Source: Anaerolineae bacterium (GTDB taxonomy: Bacteria; Chloroflexota; Anaerolineae; Epilineales; Epilineaceae). Taken from it: 59,023 bases of DNA. The stretch is from positions 1 to 59,023 of the forward strand of contig JBGAUA010000005.1 of NCBI GenBank assembly GCA_044228875.1. Direction: 5' to 3'. The translations under genes were made by a program, and so were the position numbers. The notes beneath the pieces are model-generated. The model was not told the DNA's origin, searched no databases, and was given only the letters and a program-made list of their open reading frames with translations. Below, piece by piece: positions 31,386 through 40,850 of the stretch; within the stretch, counting starts at the first letter, position 1, and the number at the start of each line of letters is the position of its first letter.

Positions 31386-31604
31386 ATGTTCTCCCGCAAC
31401 GAAGGCAACGTGGATCGCGGCATCCGTCTGGTCGTAGGCATCGCCCTGCTGTGGGGCGCCTGGAACGTGGTGACCCTGCAGGCCGGCGCCCTGCATTGGG
31501 TGGCCATCGTGGTGGGCGTGCTGATGCTGTTCACCGGCCTCAGTGGCAGTTGCCTGCTGTACAAGGCCGTGGGCATCGACACCCGGCCCGCCGACCAGCG
31601 CTGA
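31386..31604 (+). CDS. DUF2892 (YgaP-like) small membrane protein
   Basis: AAGGAAGG lies upstream of the ATG at 31386. The sequence is MFSRNEGNVDRGIRLVVGIALL...LFTGLSGSCLLYKAVGIDT. Confidence 0.75.
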   Translation: MFSRNEGNVDRGIRLVVGIALLWGAWNVVTLQAGALHWVAIVVGVLMLFTGLSGSCLLYKAVGIDTRPADQR

Positions 31605-31828
31605 ACCCTTGGGACTGCAGCTCCAAGAAGCGTGAGGGTTGCGGTGGTATGACCCCGCGGCCAGTGAAGGATTCGAGACCCGGTACGCCCACCGGCTTGT
31701 CTCGAGTCCTTCGTGGCGCGACAGGTCGTTCGGGAAGGCCCCGTTCACGGTTGCCGGCGGGCCGCCGTTAATGGTAGGGTTCCCTCGCGACCCGACCCGC
31801 TCCCAATCCTAGAGGAGTCCCCAGCGGC

Positions 31829-34276
31829 ATGCTTCCACGAACCCTCCATCCCCAAGCCCGTGGCGCGCGTCCCTGGCGCGCGCTGGCCCTGGCCTTCGCG
31901 GCCCTGGCCCTCGGCGTCGGTCAGGCCAAGGCCGACGTCATCGACTTCGATCCGCGCTCGGACCAGGTGCCGGAGATCCTGAGCCCCGAGGATCTCGGAC
32001 GCTACAACGCCATCATCGGCGCGGCGGTCGGCGGCGCCGGCATCACGACCATCGCCCCCGACGGCAAGCTGGCCCTGGTCAGCATCGCCGGCAGCCTGCA
32101 GATCATGGACACCGTCACCCTGGACAAGCGCCCCCTGGACACTGGCGGCGCCGGTCTGGGCGGCATCAAGTGGCTGGACAACACGCGCTTCGAGGCCATC
32201 AGCTCGGCCCGGCAGCCGGACAACAGCTTCCTCTACACCCTGGTGACCGTCGATGTGGCGGCGGGGACGGTGGAGAAGGCGCCCGCCGGCGCGTCGCCGG
32301 CGGGCATGCTCGCCGCGTCCACCAACCTGATCCGCACGCCCGACGGCAAGCGGCACATGCCCATGCTCATCGGCCCGGTCGGCATGAGCTACCAGGAGGC
32401 CGTGCTGACCGTGGAGCGGCCCACCTACGACAGCCGCTCCAAGGAGGAGCGCGCCGCGTTGGGCCTGGACGACAGCCCCCTCGAGCAGGCGCAGGTGCCC
32501 ATCCGCCTGGTGGCCATGGACCTGGCCGGGGGCGCCATCACCGAGATCGGCAGCATCGCCGTGGGCGAGAACCCCAACACGGCGCTCAGCACCCTGCGCC
32601 AGCGACCGGGGAGCGGCACCGTGGCCTGGCTGACCAACGTCAGCATTCCCTGGGCGGGCAAGAACATCAACGGCCGCGCCAACCGCGGCGGTGGCATGCC
32701 CATCAGCTACTGGAACGTCCAGGAGACCCTGGGGCGCCTGAAGCCGGAGGAGAACTTCCACCTCACCAAGACCTTCCTGCACCTCAAGGACCTGAACACG
32801 GGCGCGACCAAGGACCTCCCCAACATCGACCACGATCCCGGCAAGTTCGCCGGCATCCTGTGGCCCGCGGACGGCAGCTTCCTGGGGGTGGTCGTCCAGA
32901 CGCCTTCCATCCTCAAGGGCCGCGCCAACCCCATCTACGAGTACGCCGCGGGTATCGCGATCAAGCGCTTCACGCCGGACGGCCTGCCGCAGGGCAGCTG
33001 GGCGCGCCCCGAGATGAGCGCCCTCAGCACCGGCTTCACCTTGCTGGAAGGCAGCAAGGCCATCGCGGTCTACGGCGCCAACACCACCCGCCACCTGGCC
33101 ATCGTCGATCTGTCGGATGACCAGACGGCGCCGGAGCCGGTCTACACCGGCGACCGCATGCTCGGCGGCTGGGCCTATGGCGGCGGCACCCTGCTGGCCA
33201 ACCTCTCCGACGCCACCGATCCGGGCGAGCTCTTCGTGGGCACCCGCGAGGGCGGGGCGGTGTCCGCCTTCCGGGCCGTCACCGACCTCAACGCCGCGGC
33301 CCGTGCGGCCAGCAACGTTAAGTTCGCCACCTTCAGCTACACCACCTCCGGCGGCTACGACCTCAAGGGCACCTACATCTATCCCGGCGACTGGTCCTTC
33401 CCGCCATCCAGCCCCAAGCCGGCAGTGGTCTGGCAGGAAGGCGGGCCCGGCGGGCAGATGGTCAACAGCTGGGGCACCTCGGTGGAGAGCCCGCGCACCT
33501 TGCTGCCCAACTTCGGCATCCCGGTGATCGTCGTCAACGGCGCGGGGCGCAACAGCAACGGCGCCGCCTTCTACTCGGCCATGGCCGACGGGACCAACTA
33601 CGGCCAGCAGGACATCCGCGACGTGAAGGAAGCGGTGGACCACCTGATCGGTCTGGGCTGGGTGAAGGCCGATGCGGTGGGCGTGACCGGCTGCTCCTAC
33701 GGCGGCTACTTCACCCTGCAGAGCCTGGCCACCTACCCCAACACCTACCGCGCGGGCAATGCCCAGTGCAGCCTCAACGACATGATGTACGAGTTCAATT
33801 TCGGCTGGTCGCCCTTCCTGGCCTACCTCATCGGCGACACGCCCACGGGCAACCCGGCGGAGTACATCAAGGACTCGCCCACCTACAACGCCTACAAGAT
33901 CGAGAGCCCGCTGCTCATCTTCCACGGCACCATGGACTTCCTGTTCTTCGAGCATCTCACCAACGTCCATGACCAGGTGAAGGCCAACGGGGTGGACGCG
34001 CGCTTCTTCCGACCCATCGGCTACGGGCATGGCATCGGCGGCGTCACCGACCCGCTCACCAACCGCCCGGTTCCCAACGCCGGCCCCATGGGCCAGCGCT
34101 TCGCCTTCCAGCTGCAGCTGGACTGGTTCCGCAAGCACCTGGGCCTGACGCCCTCGCTGGCCTTCGACGCCGCCGCGGCAGGGCGCTACGCCCGACTGCG
34201 GCAGGTGTCGCCGCTGGAGGGCCTGGCGCCGCGCCTGACCATCCCCGGTCTGCCCGCCCATCTGGAGGTGCGCTGA
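31829..34276 (+). CDS. Secreted S9 family (prolyl oligopeptidase / acylaminoacyl peptidase-like) serine peptidase
   Basis: Signal peptide is present, followed by an N-terminal propeller-like region. Catalytic blocks are GVTGCSYGGYFTLQS (Ser), FHGTMDF (Asp) and GYGHGI (His). Confidence 0.85.
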   Translation: MLPRTLHPQARGARPWRALALAFAALALGVGQAKADVIDFDPRSDQVPEILSPEDLGRYNAIIGAAVGGAGITTIAPDGKLALVSIAGSLQIMDTVTLDKRPLDTGGAGLGGIKWLDNTRFEAISSARQPDNSFLYTLVTVDVAAGTVEKAPAGASPAGMLAASTNLIRTPDGKRHMPMLIGPVGMSYQEAVLTVERPTYDSRSKEERAALGLDDSPLEQAQVPIRLVAMDLAGGAITEIGSIAVGENPNTALSTLRQRPGSGTVAWLTNVSIPWAGKNINGRANRGGGMPISYWNVQETLGRLKPEENFHLTKTFLHLKDLNTGATKDLPNIDHDPGKFAGILWPADGSFLGVVVQTPSILKGRANPIYEYAAGIAIKRFTPDGLPQGSWARPEMSALSTGFTLLEGSKAIAVYGANTTRHLAIVDLSDDQTAPEPVYTGDRMLGGWAYGGGTLLANLSDATDPGELFVGTREGGAVSAFRAVTDLNAAARAASNVKFATFSYTTSGGYDLKGTYIYPGDWSFPPSSPKPAVVWQEGGPGGQMVNSWGTSVESPRTLLPNFGIPVIVVNGAGRNSNGAAFYSAMADGTNYGQQDIRDVKEAVDHLIGLGWVKADAVGVTGCSYGGYFTLQSLATYPNTYRAGNAQCSLNDMMYEFNFGWSPFLAYLIGDTPTGNPAEYIKDSPTYNAYKIESPLLIFHGTMDFLFFEHLTNVHDQVKANGVDARFFRPIGYGHGIGGVTDPLTNRPVPNAGPMGQRFAFQLQLDWFRKHLGLTPSLAFDAAAAGRYARLRQVSPLEGLAPRLTIPGLPAHLEVR

Positions 34277-36606
34277 TGAAGGCCCATAGGCATCTGGGGA
34301 CGACCGCGCTCCTGCTGGCCGGGCTGCTCCTGGGGGCCCTGCCCCTGCGCCGGGCCCACGCCGAGATCATCGACTTCGACCCGGAGACGGACGAGGTGCC
34401 CGAGGTCGTTTCGGCCGAAGACCGGGCGCGCCTCGACGGCTTCCTGAACGTGGACTTCCCGGGGCTGGCCGGCCGGATGAGCCCGGACGGCGGCCACGCC
34501 CTGGCCTATGGCCCCGAGGGCCTCATGCTGAAGCGTCTGACCACCGGCGAGGCGACGGCCCTTCCGTCGGACCAGCCGGGTCTGCGCAACGAAGGCGGCT
34601 TCAGCAGCGAGGTGCTGGCCTCCGGCTGGCAGGCGCCACATGGCCTCGTCCTGCTGGCCTCGGAGACCGAAGGCGAGGGTGACACGGCCGTGACCAAGGT
34701 CTACCGGCTCGTCGTCGACGCCGAGACCCTGGCCGTCACGGGTGCCGCCATCGCCGACTTCGCCGAGCGTACGGACGGCGTGGTCTCCTTCAGCCCGGAC
34801 CTGAGCCGCGTCCTGGTGCAGCGCCGCAAGGGCGGCGGCACCCTGTCGAACCCCGTCGTGGTCACCCTGGGCAACCCGGATCTGTCGCCGCGACGTCCCG
34901 GCGTTCCGGACGACCTGCCCGGTCGGGTGGGCGAAGGGCCTTTGGGGACCATCGCGCTGCAGCAGGTGGCCACCGAGCTGCTGGTCGTCGACCTGACCGG
35001 CCTGGCCAACCCGCGTGCCCTGACCCTGGCCCTGCCCGAGGACACGGGTCTGGCCGGCATCAGCTGGAGTCAGGACTCGGCCAAGGTGGCCGTGGGCACG
35101 CGCACGATGGTGGATTGGGACGGCGACCGGCAGCGGGACAACTCCCCGCCCGGCACCGGGCTCCCCAACCAGGCCTCGATCAACGTGCAGGAGGCGCTCG
35201 GCCAGCTCAAGCCGGCGGACAACCCCTTGTTGACCGGCAGCCTGATCCACGTGGCGCGGGCCGATACCGGCGCCACGGTCGGGCAGCTCAAAGGGATGGA
35301 TTACCAGCAGGGCCTGCTGGCCGGCCTGGACTTCGCCCCGAACGGCGAACAAGCGCTCCTGACCATCGCGACCCGGTCCGACCTGGAAGGCCGTCCCAAT
35401 CCCACCTACGCCTACCCGGGCGGCCTGGAGTTGTGGCTGCTGGACGGCGCCTTGGCGCCGGTCAGGAAGATCGCCGCCCCGGGCTGGGACAGCCTGGGCG
35501 CCGCGGTGGCCTTTGCGGACGACAGCACCCTGGTGGCCGTGGTCCCGGCGGAGACGGCCTCGCATGTGCAGGCCTTTGACCTGGGCACGGGCGAGGTGCG
35601 CCCCGTCTGGCAGCCGAACGGCGCCATCTACCAGGTGCAGGCCTCGGCCGGGCGGCTGGCCATGGTCTACACCCGTGCCTCCCACGCCTATGAGCTGTAC
35701 ACGCAGCGGCTCGACGAGCCCATGCCCACGCAGCTGTCCATGGTCAACGCCGCCAAGGCCCAGAACGGGCTGCGCTTCGAGACGGTGCGCTGGACCAGCT
35801 CCAAGGGCCAGGCGATGGAGGGCACCTACATCCACCACGCGGCCCAGCCCTTCCCGCCGACGAAGCCGGGTCCGGTGGTGGTCTGGCAGCAGGGCGGTCC
35901 GGGCGGGCAGATGACCAACGACTGGGGCGGGTCGGTGGAAGGCCCCTACTCGATGCTGCCGGGCTTCGGCATTCCCGTGTTCATGGTCAACGCCGTGGGG
36001 CGCACGGTCAAGAGCCCGCAGTTCTTCACCGACATGGCGGAAGGGCGCAACTTCGGGCAGCTGGACATCGAACAGGTGAAGGAAGGCGTGGAGGCGCTGA
36101 TCGGCCAGAAGGTGGTGGACCCGGCGCGCGTGGGCATCACGGGCTGCTCCTACGGCGGCTACTTCACTTTGCAGAGCATCCGCACCTACCCGAGCTTCTA
36201 CGCCGCGGCCAACCCGCAATGCTCGCTCACGGACCTGCTCGAAGAGTTCACCATGGGTTACACGCCCTTCATCAGCTACCTGATGGGCCGCTCCCCCCTG
36301 GCCGACCCGGAGGAGTACCTCAAGGACTCGCCGATGTACGGCAGCAAGGACGTGACGACCCCCACCCTCATCTTCCACGGCGCCGAGGACTTCCTGCCGG
36401 TGCCCCTCATCAACAACATCCACGACCAGCTGGCCCAGAACGGCACGCCGGTCACCTTCCTGCGGGTCAAGGGCGAGGGCCATGGCTTCCGCCAGCCGGC
36501 CAGCCAGGCCTACGCGGGGCAGCTGCAGCTGGACTGGTTCCGCCGCCACCTGAAGGTGGAGCCCTTCACGCCGCATACGGTGTTCCTGCCCAACCTGTCG
36601 CGCTGA
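34276..36606 (+). CDS. Secreted S9 family serine peptidase, tandem paralog
   Basis: The start overlaps the upstream stop (TGATG). Catalytic blocks are GITGCSYGGYFTLQS, FHGAEDF and GEGHGF. Architecture matches the upstream gene. Confidence 0.85.
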   Translation: MKAHRHLGTTALLLAGLLLGALPLRRAHAEIIDFDPETDEVPEVVSAEDRARLDGFLNVDFPGLAGRMSPDGGHALAYGPEGLMLKRLTTGEATALPSDQPGLRNEGGFSSEVLASGWQAPHGLVLLASETEGEGDTAVTKVYRLVVDAETLAVTGAAIADFAERTDGVVSFSPDLSRVLVQRRKGGGTLSNPVVVTLGNPDLSPRRPGVPDDLPGRVGEGPLGTIALQQVATELLVVDLTGLANPRALTLALPEDTGLAGISWSQDSAKVAVGTRTMVDWDGDRQRDNSPPGTGLPNQASINVQEALGQLKPADNPLLTGSLIHVARADTGATVGQLKGMDYQQGLLAGLDFAPNGEQALLTIATRSDLEGRPNPTYAYPGGLELWLLDGALAPVRKIAAPGWDSLGAAVAFADDSTLVAVVPAETASHVQAFDLGTGEVRPVWQPNGAIYQVQASAGRLAMVYTRASHAYELYTQRLDEPMPTQLSMVNAAKAQNGLRFETVRWTSSKGQAMEGTYIHHAAQPFPPTKPGPVVVWQQGGPGGQMTNDWGGSVEGPYSMLPGFGIPVFMVNAVGRTVKSPQFFTDMAEGRNFGQLDIEQVKEGVEALIGQKVVDPARVGITGCSYGGYFTLQSIRTYPSFYAAANPQCSLTDLLEEFTMGYTPFISYLMGRSPLADPEEYLKDSPMYGSKDVTTPTLIFHGAEDFLPVPLINNIHDQLAQNGTPVTFLRVKGEGHGFRQPASQAYAGQLQLDWFRRHLKVEPFTPHTVFLPNLSR

Positions 36607-36611
36607 TGGCC

Positions 36612-36666
36612 GCCCCGCCCAACCTCTCCTCCCCCAGCCGTCTTGGGGAAGGAGAGGGGGGCGGGC
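36612..36666 (+). terminator. Long imperfect GC-rich hairpin after the S9 peptidase pair
   Basis: ctctcctcccc...ggggaaggagag pair with one mismatch and are flanked by gccccgccc/gggcgggc. There is no T-tract, so function is uncertain. Confidence 0.4.
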
Positions 36667-36707
36667 CCGGGCCGGAGTCCGGACGTTCCGAGGAGGACGC
36701 GCTCCAC

Positions 36708-36998
36708 ATGTTCACCCACACCGTCCTCTTCAAGCTGCACGACCGCTCGCCGGAGGCGGTCGAGCGCGCCGCCGCGGTGCTGCGCGGCATGCGCGGCCGC
36801 ATTCCCGGCCTGCTGGAGGTGGAGGTGGGCATCGACGCCCTGAGCTCGGGCCGGGCCTGGGACATCGCCCTGATCACCCGCTTCGCGGACCGGGAAGGCT
36901 ATGAGGCCTACCGGACCCACCCCTACCACGTGGATCCGGTCCTGGCGCACATGCACGCGCATGCGGCCGAGGCGGCCGTGGTGGACTGGGTTTCATGA
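36708..36998 (+). CDS. Dabb (stress-responsive alpha/beta barrel) domain protein
   Basis: AGGAGGA lies 10 nt upstream of the ATG. The sequence is MFTHTVLFKL...GRIPGLLEVEVG...WDIALITRFADREGYEAYRTHPYH. Confidence 0.85.
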   Translation: MFTHTVLFKLHDRSPEAVERAAAVLRGMRGRIPGLLEVEVGIDALSSGRAWDIALITRFADREGYEAYRTHPYHVDPVLAHMHAHAAEAAVVDWVS

Positions 36999-38242
36999 CC
37001 CCGGTCGCCGATCCCATCGTCGGCCTGCTGGTGGCAGCCCTGGGTGGCGCGGCGATCGGTCTGGAGCGGCAGCGCTCGGGGCATGCGGATGGCCCGCTGC
37101 CGCATTTCGCCGGCCTGCGCACCGTCACCCTGCTGGGCGCGGCTGCGGGTCTTGCCGGCTGGCTGTGGCGCATGGACTACGGCCCCTTCGGCCTGATCCT
37201 CTTGGGGGCGGCGGCCGCCCTGGTGGTGGTGGCCTACGGCGCCGCGGCGCGGAAGGACCTGGACGCCACCACGGAGGTGGCCGCCGTGGTGGTGCTGGGG
37301 GCGGGCGTGCTGGCCGGCTTGGGCTACGTGGCGCTCGCCAGCGGCGTCTTTGCCCTGATGGGCCTGCTGCTATTGGAGAAGGCCGAGCTGCACGCCCTGG
37401 CCGCGCGCCTGGACGACGCGGGCCTGCGGGCGGCGGTCTACTTCGGGGTGATGTCGCTGGTGGTCCTGCCCCTGCTGCCGGAAGGCCCGCTGACGGCCTT
37501 GGCCATCCGTCCGCGCCAGCTCTGGCTGCTGGTGCTCTTCTTCTCGGGCATCAGCTTCGCGGGCTTCGTGGCCCGGCGTCTGGTGGGCCTGCGCAAGGGC
37601 TACGCGGTGGCCGGGCTGATCGGCGGCCTGGTCTCCTCCACCAACGTCACCCTCACCTTCGCCCGCCTCAGCCGCAGTGAGCCGGCTTCGTCCACGGCCC
37701 TCGGACTGGGCGCGGTGGCGGCCAACGCGGTGCTGTTTCCGCGGGTGCTGCTCACGACCTGGTTGCTCAACCCTGCCCTGGGGGCCGAGCTATGGCCGCT
37801 GCTGCTGGCGCCCTTCGCCCTGGTGCTGCTGGTGGCCCTGCTGGGCGGCCGCTGGTCCGACGGTCACGAGGCGGCCGCGCCGCCCTTGACCAACCCGCTG
37901 CAGATCGGCGCGGCGCTGCAGATGGCCGCGCTCTTCCAGGGCGTGATCTGGCTGGTGGATTGGATGGGGCGCGTCGCCGGCCGCACGGGCCTGTTGACCA
38001 CGGCAGCGGTCCTGGGGGTCACGGACGTGGACGCGTTGACGGTGTCCATGGCTCGGGTGCAGGCGACGGGGGCGACTTCGGCGATCCAGGCCATCGGCGT
38101 GGGCGTCCTGGCCAACACGCTGTTCAAGCTGGCCCTGGCCCTGGGGCTGGGCCAGGGCGCCTACCGTTGGATCGTCGGAGGGGTGCTGGTGGTGGTGGGG
38201 ATGATGCTGGTGGCGGGGGTTCTGGGCGTGGGTGTGCTGTGA
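36995..38242 (+). CDS. MgtC/SapB family membrane protein with a DUF4010-like extension
   Basis: The start overlaps the upstream stop (ATGA). The N-terminal GGAAIGLERQ...FAGLRTV is the MgtC signature. The 415-aa protein is polytopic. Confidence 0.8.
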   Translation: MTPVADPIVGLLVAALGGAAIGLERQRSGHADGPLPHFAGLRTVTLLGAAAGLAGWLWRMDYGPFGLILLGAAAALVVVAYGAAARKDLDATTEVAAVVVLGAGVLAGLGYVALASGVFALMGLLLLEKAELHALAARLDDAGLRAAVYFGVMSLVVLPLLPEGPLTALAIRPRQLWLLVLFFSGISFAGFVARRLVGLRKGYAVAGLIGGLVSSTNVTLTFARLSRSEPASSTALGLGAVAANAVLFPRVLLTTWLLNPALGAELWPLLLAPFALVLLVALLGGRWSDGHEAAAPPLTNPLQIGAALQMAALFQGVIWLVDWMGRVAGRTGLLTTAAVLGVTDVDALTVSMARVQATGATSAIQAIGVGVLANTLFKLALALGLGQGAYRWIVGGVLVVVGMMLVAGVLGVGVL

Positions 38243-38354
38243 GGTAATGGTGACGACTCCGAAGCAGGGCTTTGGGGCTGCGATGCTAGAATGGCCCCAG
38301 GCCCGCCGGATCCATCCGGCTTGCGGGTCGGGTACGCGATTGGAGTGGCATGAC

Positions 38355-38585
38355 ATGCACGTCGACTATCGAGCGATCATTACCATCGAACCTGGAAAGC
38401 GCGGCGGTCGTCCTTGCATTCGCGGAATGCGGATCACGGTCTACGATGTCCTGTCGTACCTGGCGGCGGGAATGACCCCGGCGAAGATTCTCGAGGACTT
38501 CCCCTACCTCACGGCTGAAGACATCCAGGCCTGTCTGAGCTATGCCGCCGACAGAGAAGGGCAGACGTGGGTGGCGGTTGCCTGA
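38355..38585 (+). CDS. DUF433 domain protein (antitoxin-like)
   Basis: IITIEPGKRGGRPCIRGMRITVYDVLSYLAAGMTPAKILEDFPYLTAEDIQACLSYA matches the DUF433 pattern. Confidence 0.85.
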   Translation: MHVDYRAIITIEPGKRGGRPCIRGMRITVYDVLSYLAAGMTPAKILEDFPYLTAEDIQACLSYAADREGQTWVAVA

Positions 38586-38928
38586 TGCTGCTGTTTGACC
38601 AGAACCTGTCGCCGAGCCTGATCTCGCGACTTGTTGATCTGTTTCCGGGTTCGACGCATACGCATCTAGAAGGACTTGCTCGCGCGGACGACGTGGCGAT
38701 CTGGGCCTTCGCTCGGGACCGGGGACTGATTATCGTCACCAAGGACGCCGACTATCCGGAACTGGTCGCGTTGGGGGGGCCCCACCCAAGGTGATTTGGC
38801 TGCGGCTTGGAAATTGCACGACGGACGAAGTAGCGGCCACGCTGCGCGATCAGCTTGATCAGGTCATTGTATTCCTGGCGAATCAGTCCGTTGGGTTGCT
38901 GATCTTGCCGCTTTCACGTGAGACATGA
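38585..38928 (+). pseudogene. DUF5615 (PIN-like, Mut7-C type) toxin-like gene interrupted by a 1-nt frameshift
   Basis: MLLFDQNLSPSLISRLVDLFPGSTHTHLEGLARADDVAIWAFARDRGLIIVTKDADY runs into a TGA at 38792. The expected continuation VIWLRLGNCTTDEVAATLRDQL... is in the -1 frame from 38791 to the stop at 38926-38928. The shift falls at the run GGGGGGGCCCC (38773-38783). Confidence 0.7.
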
Positions 38929-38942
38929 GCCAAGTTGCGCTA

Positions 38943-39794
38943 TCAGATTGTCTCCAGCCGCGCCACGTAGCTCATCGCCGCTTCCAGCGGCGCCCGCTCG
39001 CGCCAGACCTTCGCTGTCTCGTCCCAGGACCCGCCTTCCTCGATCCCTTCCAGGACCAGACCCGTGCCCTCCAGCAGCAGGCGCAGGTCCGCCGGGCTGT
39101 AGGCGCGCAGCGACTGGGTGACGGCCTCCGCCTCCCGACCCACGAGCCACCAATGGTCCAGCATGCGGCAGGCGTCGGCGTCGAAGGCGTAGCGGCGAGC
39201 GCTGCCGTCGTGGAAATGCTGTTCGCGGCCGGCGGCCGCCGCCCAGTACCAAGGCGTGTAGACCTCGATGAGCGCGCAGCCGCCAGGGGCCAGCCAGCTC
39301 TGGATCCTTCGCAGCAGCAAACGCTGATCGTCGTCGGACCCGATCCCGAAGCCATCCCAGTAGCAGACGACATCGAAAGGGCCGTCGGGGTCAACGGTGT
39401 AGAAGTCGCCCTCCAGGACGGTCAGGCTGCCGGGAACGTCGGCCGGATGCGGGTCGGCGGCCTGGCCCGCGGCGACGGTCGCGGCGAGTGTCCGGGCATG
39501 CGCGGCCAGTTCGGGCAGCAGCTCTACGGCAGTCACCCGCAGTCCTCGGGCCGCGGCGGCCGCGGCGAACTGACCGCCGCCGGCGCCGAGCTCGAGGACG
39601 CGGAGGGGCCTGAAATCAGGTGGCGGCTCGGCGGAGGGCGAGTCCGTGCCCAACTGCGGCCGGAACAACCGCAGCAGCTGGTCGACGCGCTCGTGGTCGG
39701 CGGGCTCCACCGGGCGCGTGTAGACGCCAGACCATGCGGCCTGGCGGACATAGAAGGGGGCGACCCAGGGCGGGGTGGGGGTAGGGTCAGCCAA
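38943..39794 (-). CDS. Class I SAM-dependent methyltransferase
   Basis: Motif I is VLELGAGGGQFAAAAAARG, followed by VTAVE and DVVCYWDGFG. Length is 283 aa. Confidence 0.8.
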   Translation of the reverse strand: MADPTPTPPWVAPFYVRQAAWSGVYTRPVEPADHERVDQLLRLFRPQLGTDSPSAEPPPDFRPLRVLELGAGGGQFAAAAAARGLRVTAVELLPELAAHARTLAATVAAGQAADPHPADVPGSLTVLEGDFYTVDPDGPFDVVCYWDGFGIGSDDDQRLLLRRIQSWLAPGGCALIEVYTPWYWAAAAGREQHFHDGSARRYAFDADACRMLDHWWLVGREAEAVTQSLRAYSPADLRLLLEGTGLVLEGIEEGGSWDETAKVWRERAPLEAAMSYVARLETI

Positions 39795-39898
39795 GAGGCT
39801 CCACCGCTCCGCCCGATCGCGACAGTTCGCGCAATCGCATTACCGGGATCTTACCACAGGCCTACCGGCTTGCCGGAGTCCGATCGTCTGGAGTAGGA

Positions 39899-39990
39899 GG
39901 TCAATTGCCTAAAGCGAATATAACAAATTCGCCGTAGCGAATTAGCAATATTCGCCTTGGCGAATTGACGAAACTCCCTTAAGCGAATAG
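39899..39990. repeat. AT-rich array of GCGAAT sites phased at 23 bp (operator/iteron-like)
   Basis: GCGAAT occurs at 39914, 39937, 39960 and 39983. The first two form GCGAAT-N7-ATTCGC palindromes, with ATTCGC at 39927 and 39950. They are flanked by GTCAATTGCC and GGCGAATTGAC in inverted orientation. Confidence 0.85.
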
Positions 39991-40052
39991 TGTTGGTAGA
40001 CCGCGTGTTCCGCGCATCGTGCCGCCGAGAAGCACCGCAGAGAAAGGATACC

Positions 40053-40568
40053 ATGGCCACCCTCATCCAAGCCGTCGGCCGCTACGGCCCCAGCGTGACA
40101 CAGGGGCCGCATGCGGAGATCGACGAACTCTGCGCCTGGATGGCGCGCAGCTCGGGGCTCAACGCCAACAACGCCAAGCAGGCCTTCGCCGAGCTGGGCG
40201 ATGCCCTGGTCTTCTACCTCCGCCGCGGCGGGCCGGTGGTGATCCCCGGCCTGGGCCGGCTGCGCCTCAGCATGGACCGCTACGGCGACTTGCGCCTCAA
40301 ATTCGTGGCCGAGAAGGACCTGCTGCTCAAGGTGCTGGACAAGAAGTCCTTCAATGGCCTCGTGGCCAACCCCGAGGCCGGGCATTGGACCGACGCGCAG
40401 TACAAGGCCGCCTGGGACGCCGACTTCCCGGACGATCCACTGGAGCTGCCGCCGCCCCGCCCGCGGCGGGTGCGGCATCTCGGCCCTGGGCGCCCGGTGC
40501 ATTCGCCGGACGAACGGCGAAAGCGGCGGGCGGCGAAAGGTGCGGGGCCGGGAGACCAACCGGGGTAG
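40053..40568 (+). CDS. HU/IHF-fold-like DNA-binding protein with a basic C-terminal tail
   Basis: The pattern AKQAFAELGDALVFYLRRGGPVVIPGLGRLRLSM resembles the HU-like core (helix, then G-x-V-x-I-P-G-L-G-x-F). The tail is Arg/Pro-rich. The call is tentative. Confidence 0.55.
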   Translation: MATLIQAVGRYGPSVTQGPHAEIDELCAWMARSSGLNANNAKQAFAELGDALVFYLRRGGPVVIPGLGRLRLSMDRYGDLRLKFVAEKDLLLKVLDKKSFNGLVANPEAGHWTDAQYKAAWDADFPDDPLELPPPRPRRVRHLGPGRPVHSPDERRKRRAAKGAGPGDQPG

Positions 40569-40850
40569 GGTCTCTGCCGTCATCCCTGGGACCATCGCAT
40601 AAAACCCGCCTCTACGATCACGTATCCCCGGTGGTCAATTGATGCGATCTCTCCCGGACGTCAGCCTCACGCCCCGCCGGCGCCCGCGCTATCATTCGTT
40701 GCTGGATGTCAGCGCGCGCAGGGTTGAAAGGTGGAGGCCATGGGTCCGATAGCGCGGGTCACGGTGCTGCTCTGGATCACCACCCACGGGCTTGTGAGGC
40801 AGAGCGACGGGTGATACCATGAGCTTGGATCGACGCATTGCGAACGGGAC

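Noticed and set aside
31745-36576. 838-aa and 796-aa minus-strand ORFs opposite the two S9 peptidases
   Set aside because: No motifs are present and the composition is extreme in Gly/Arg/Ala/Val. The plus-strand ORFs have catalytic Ser/Asp/His blocks and signal peptides.
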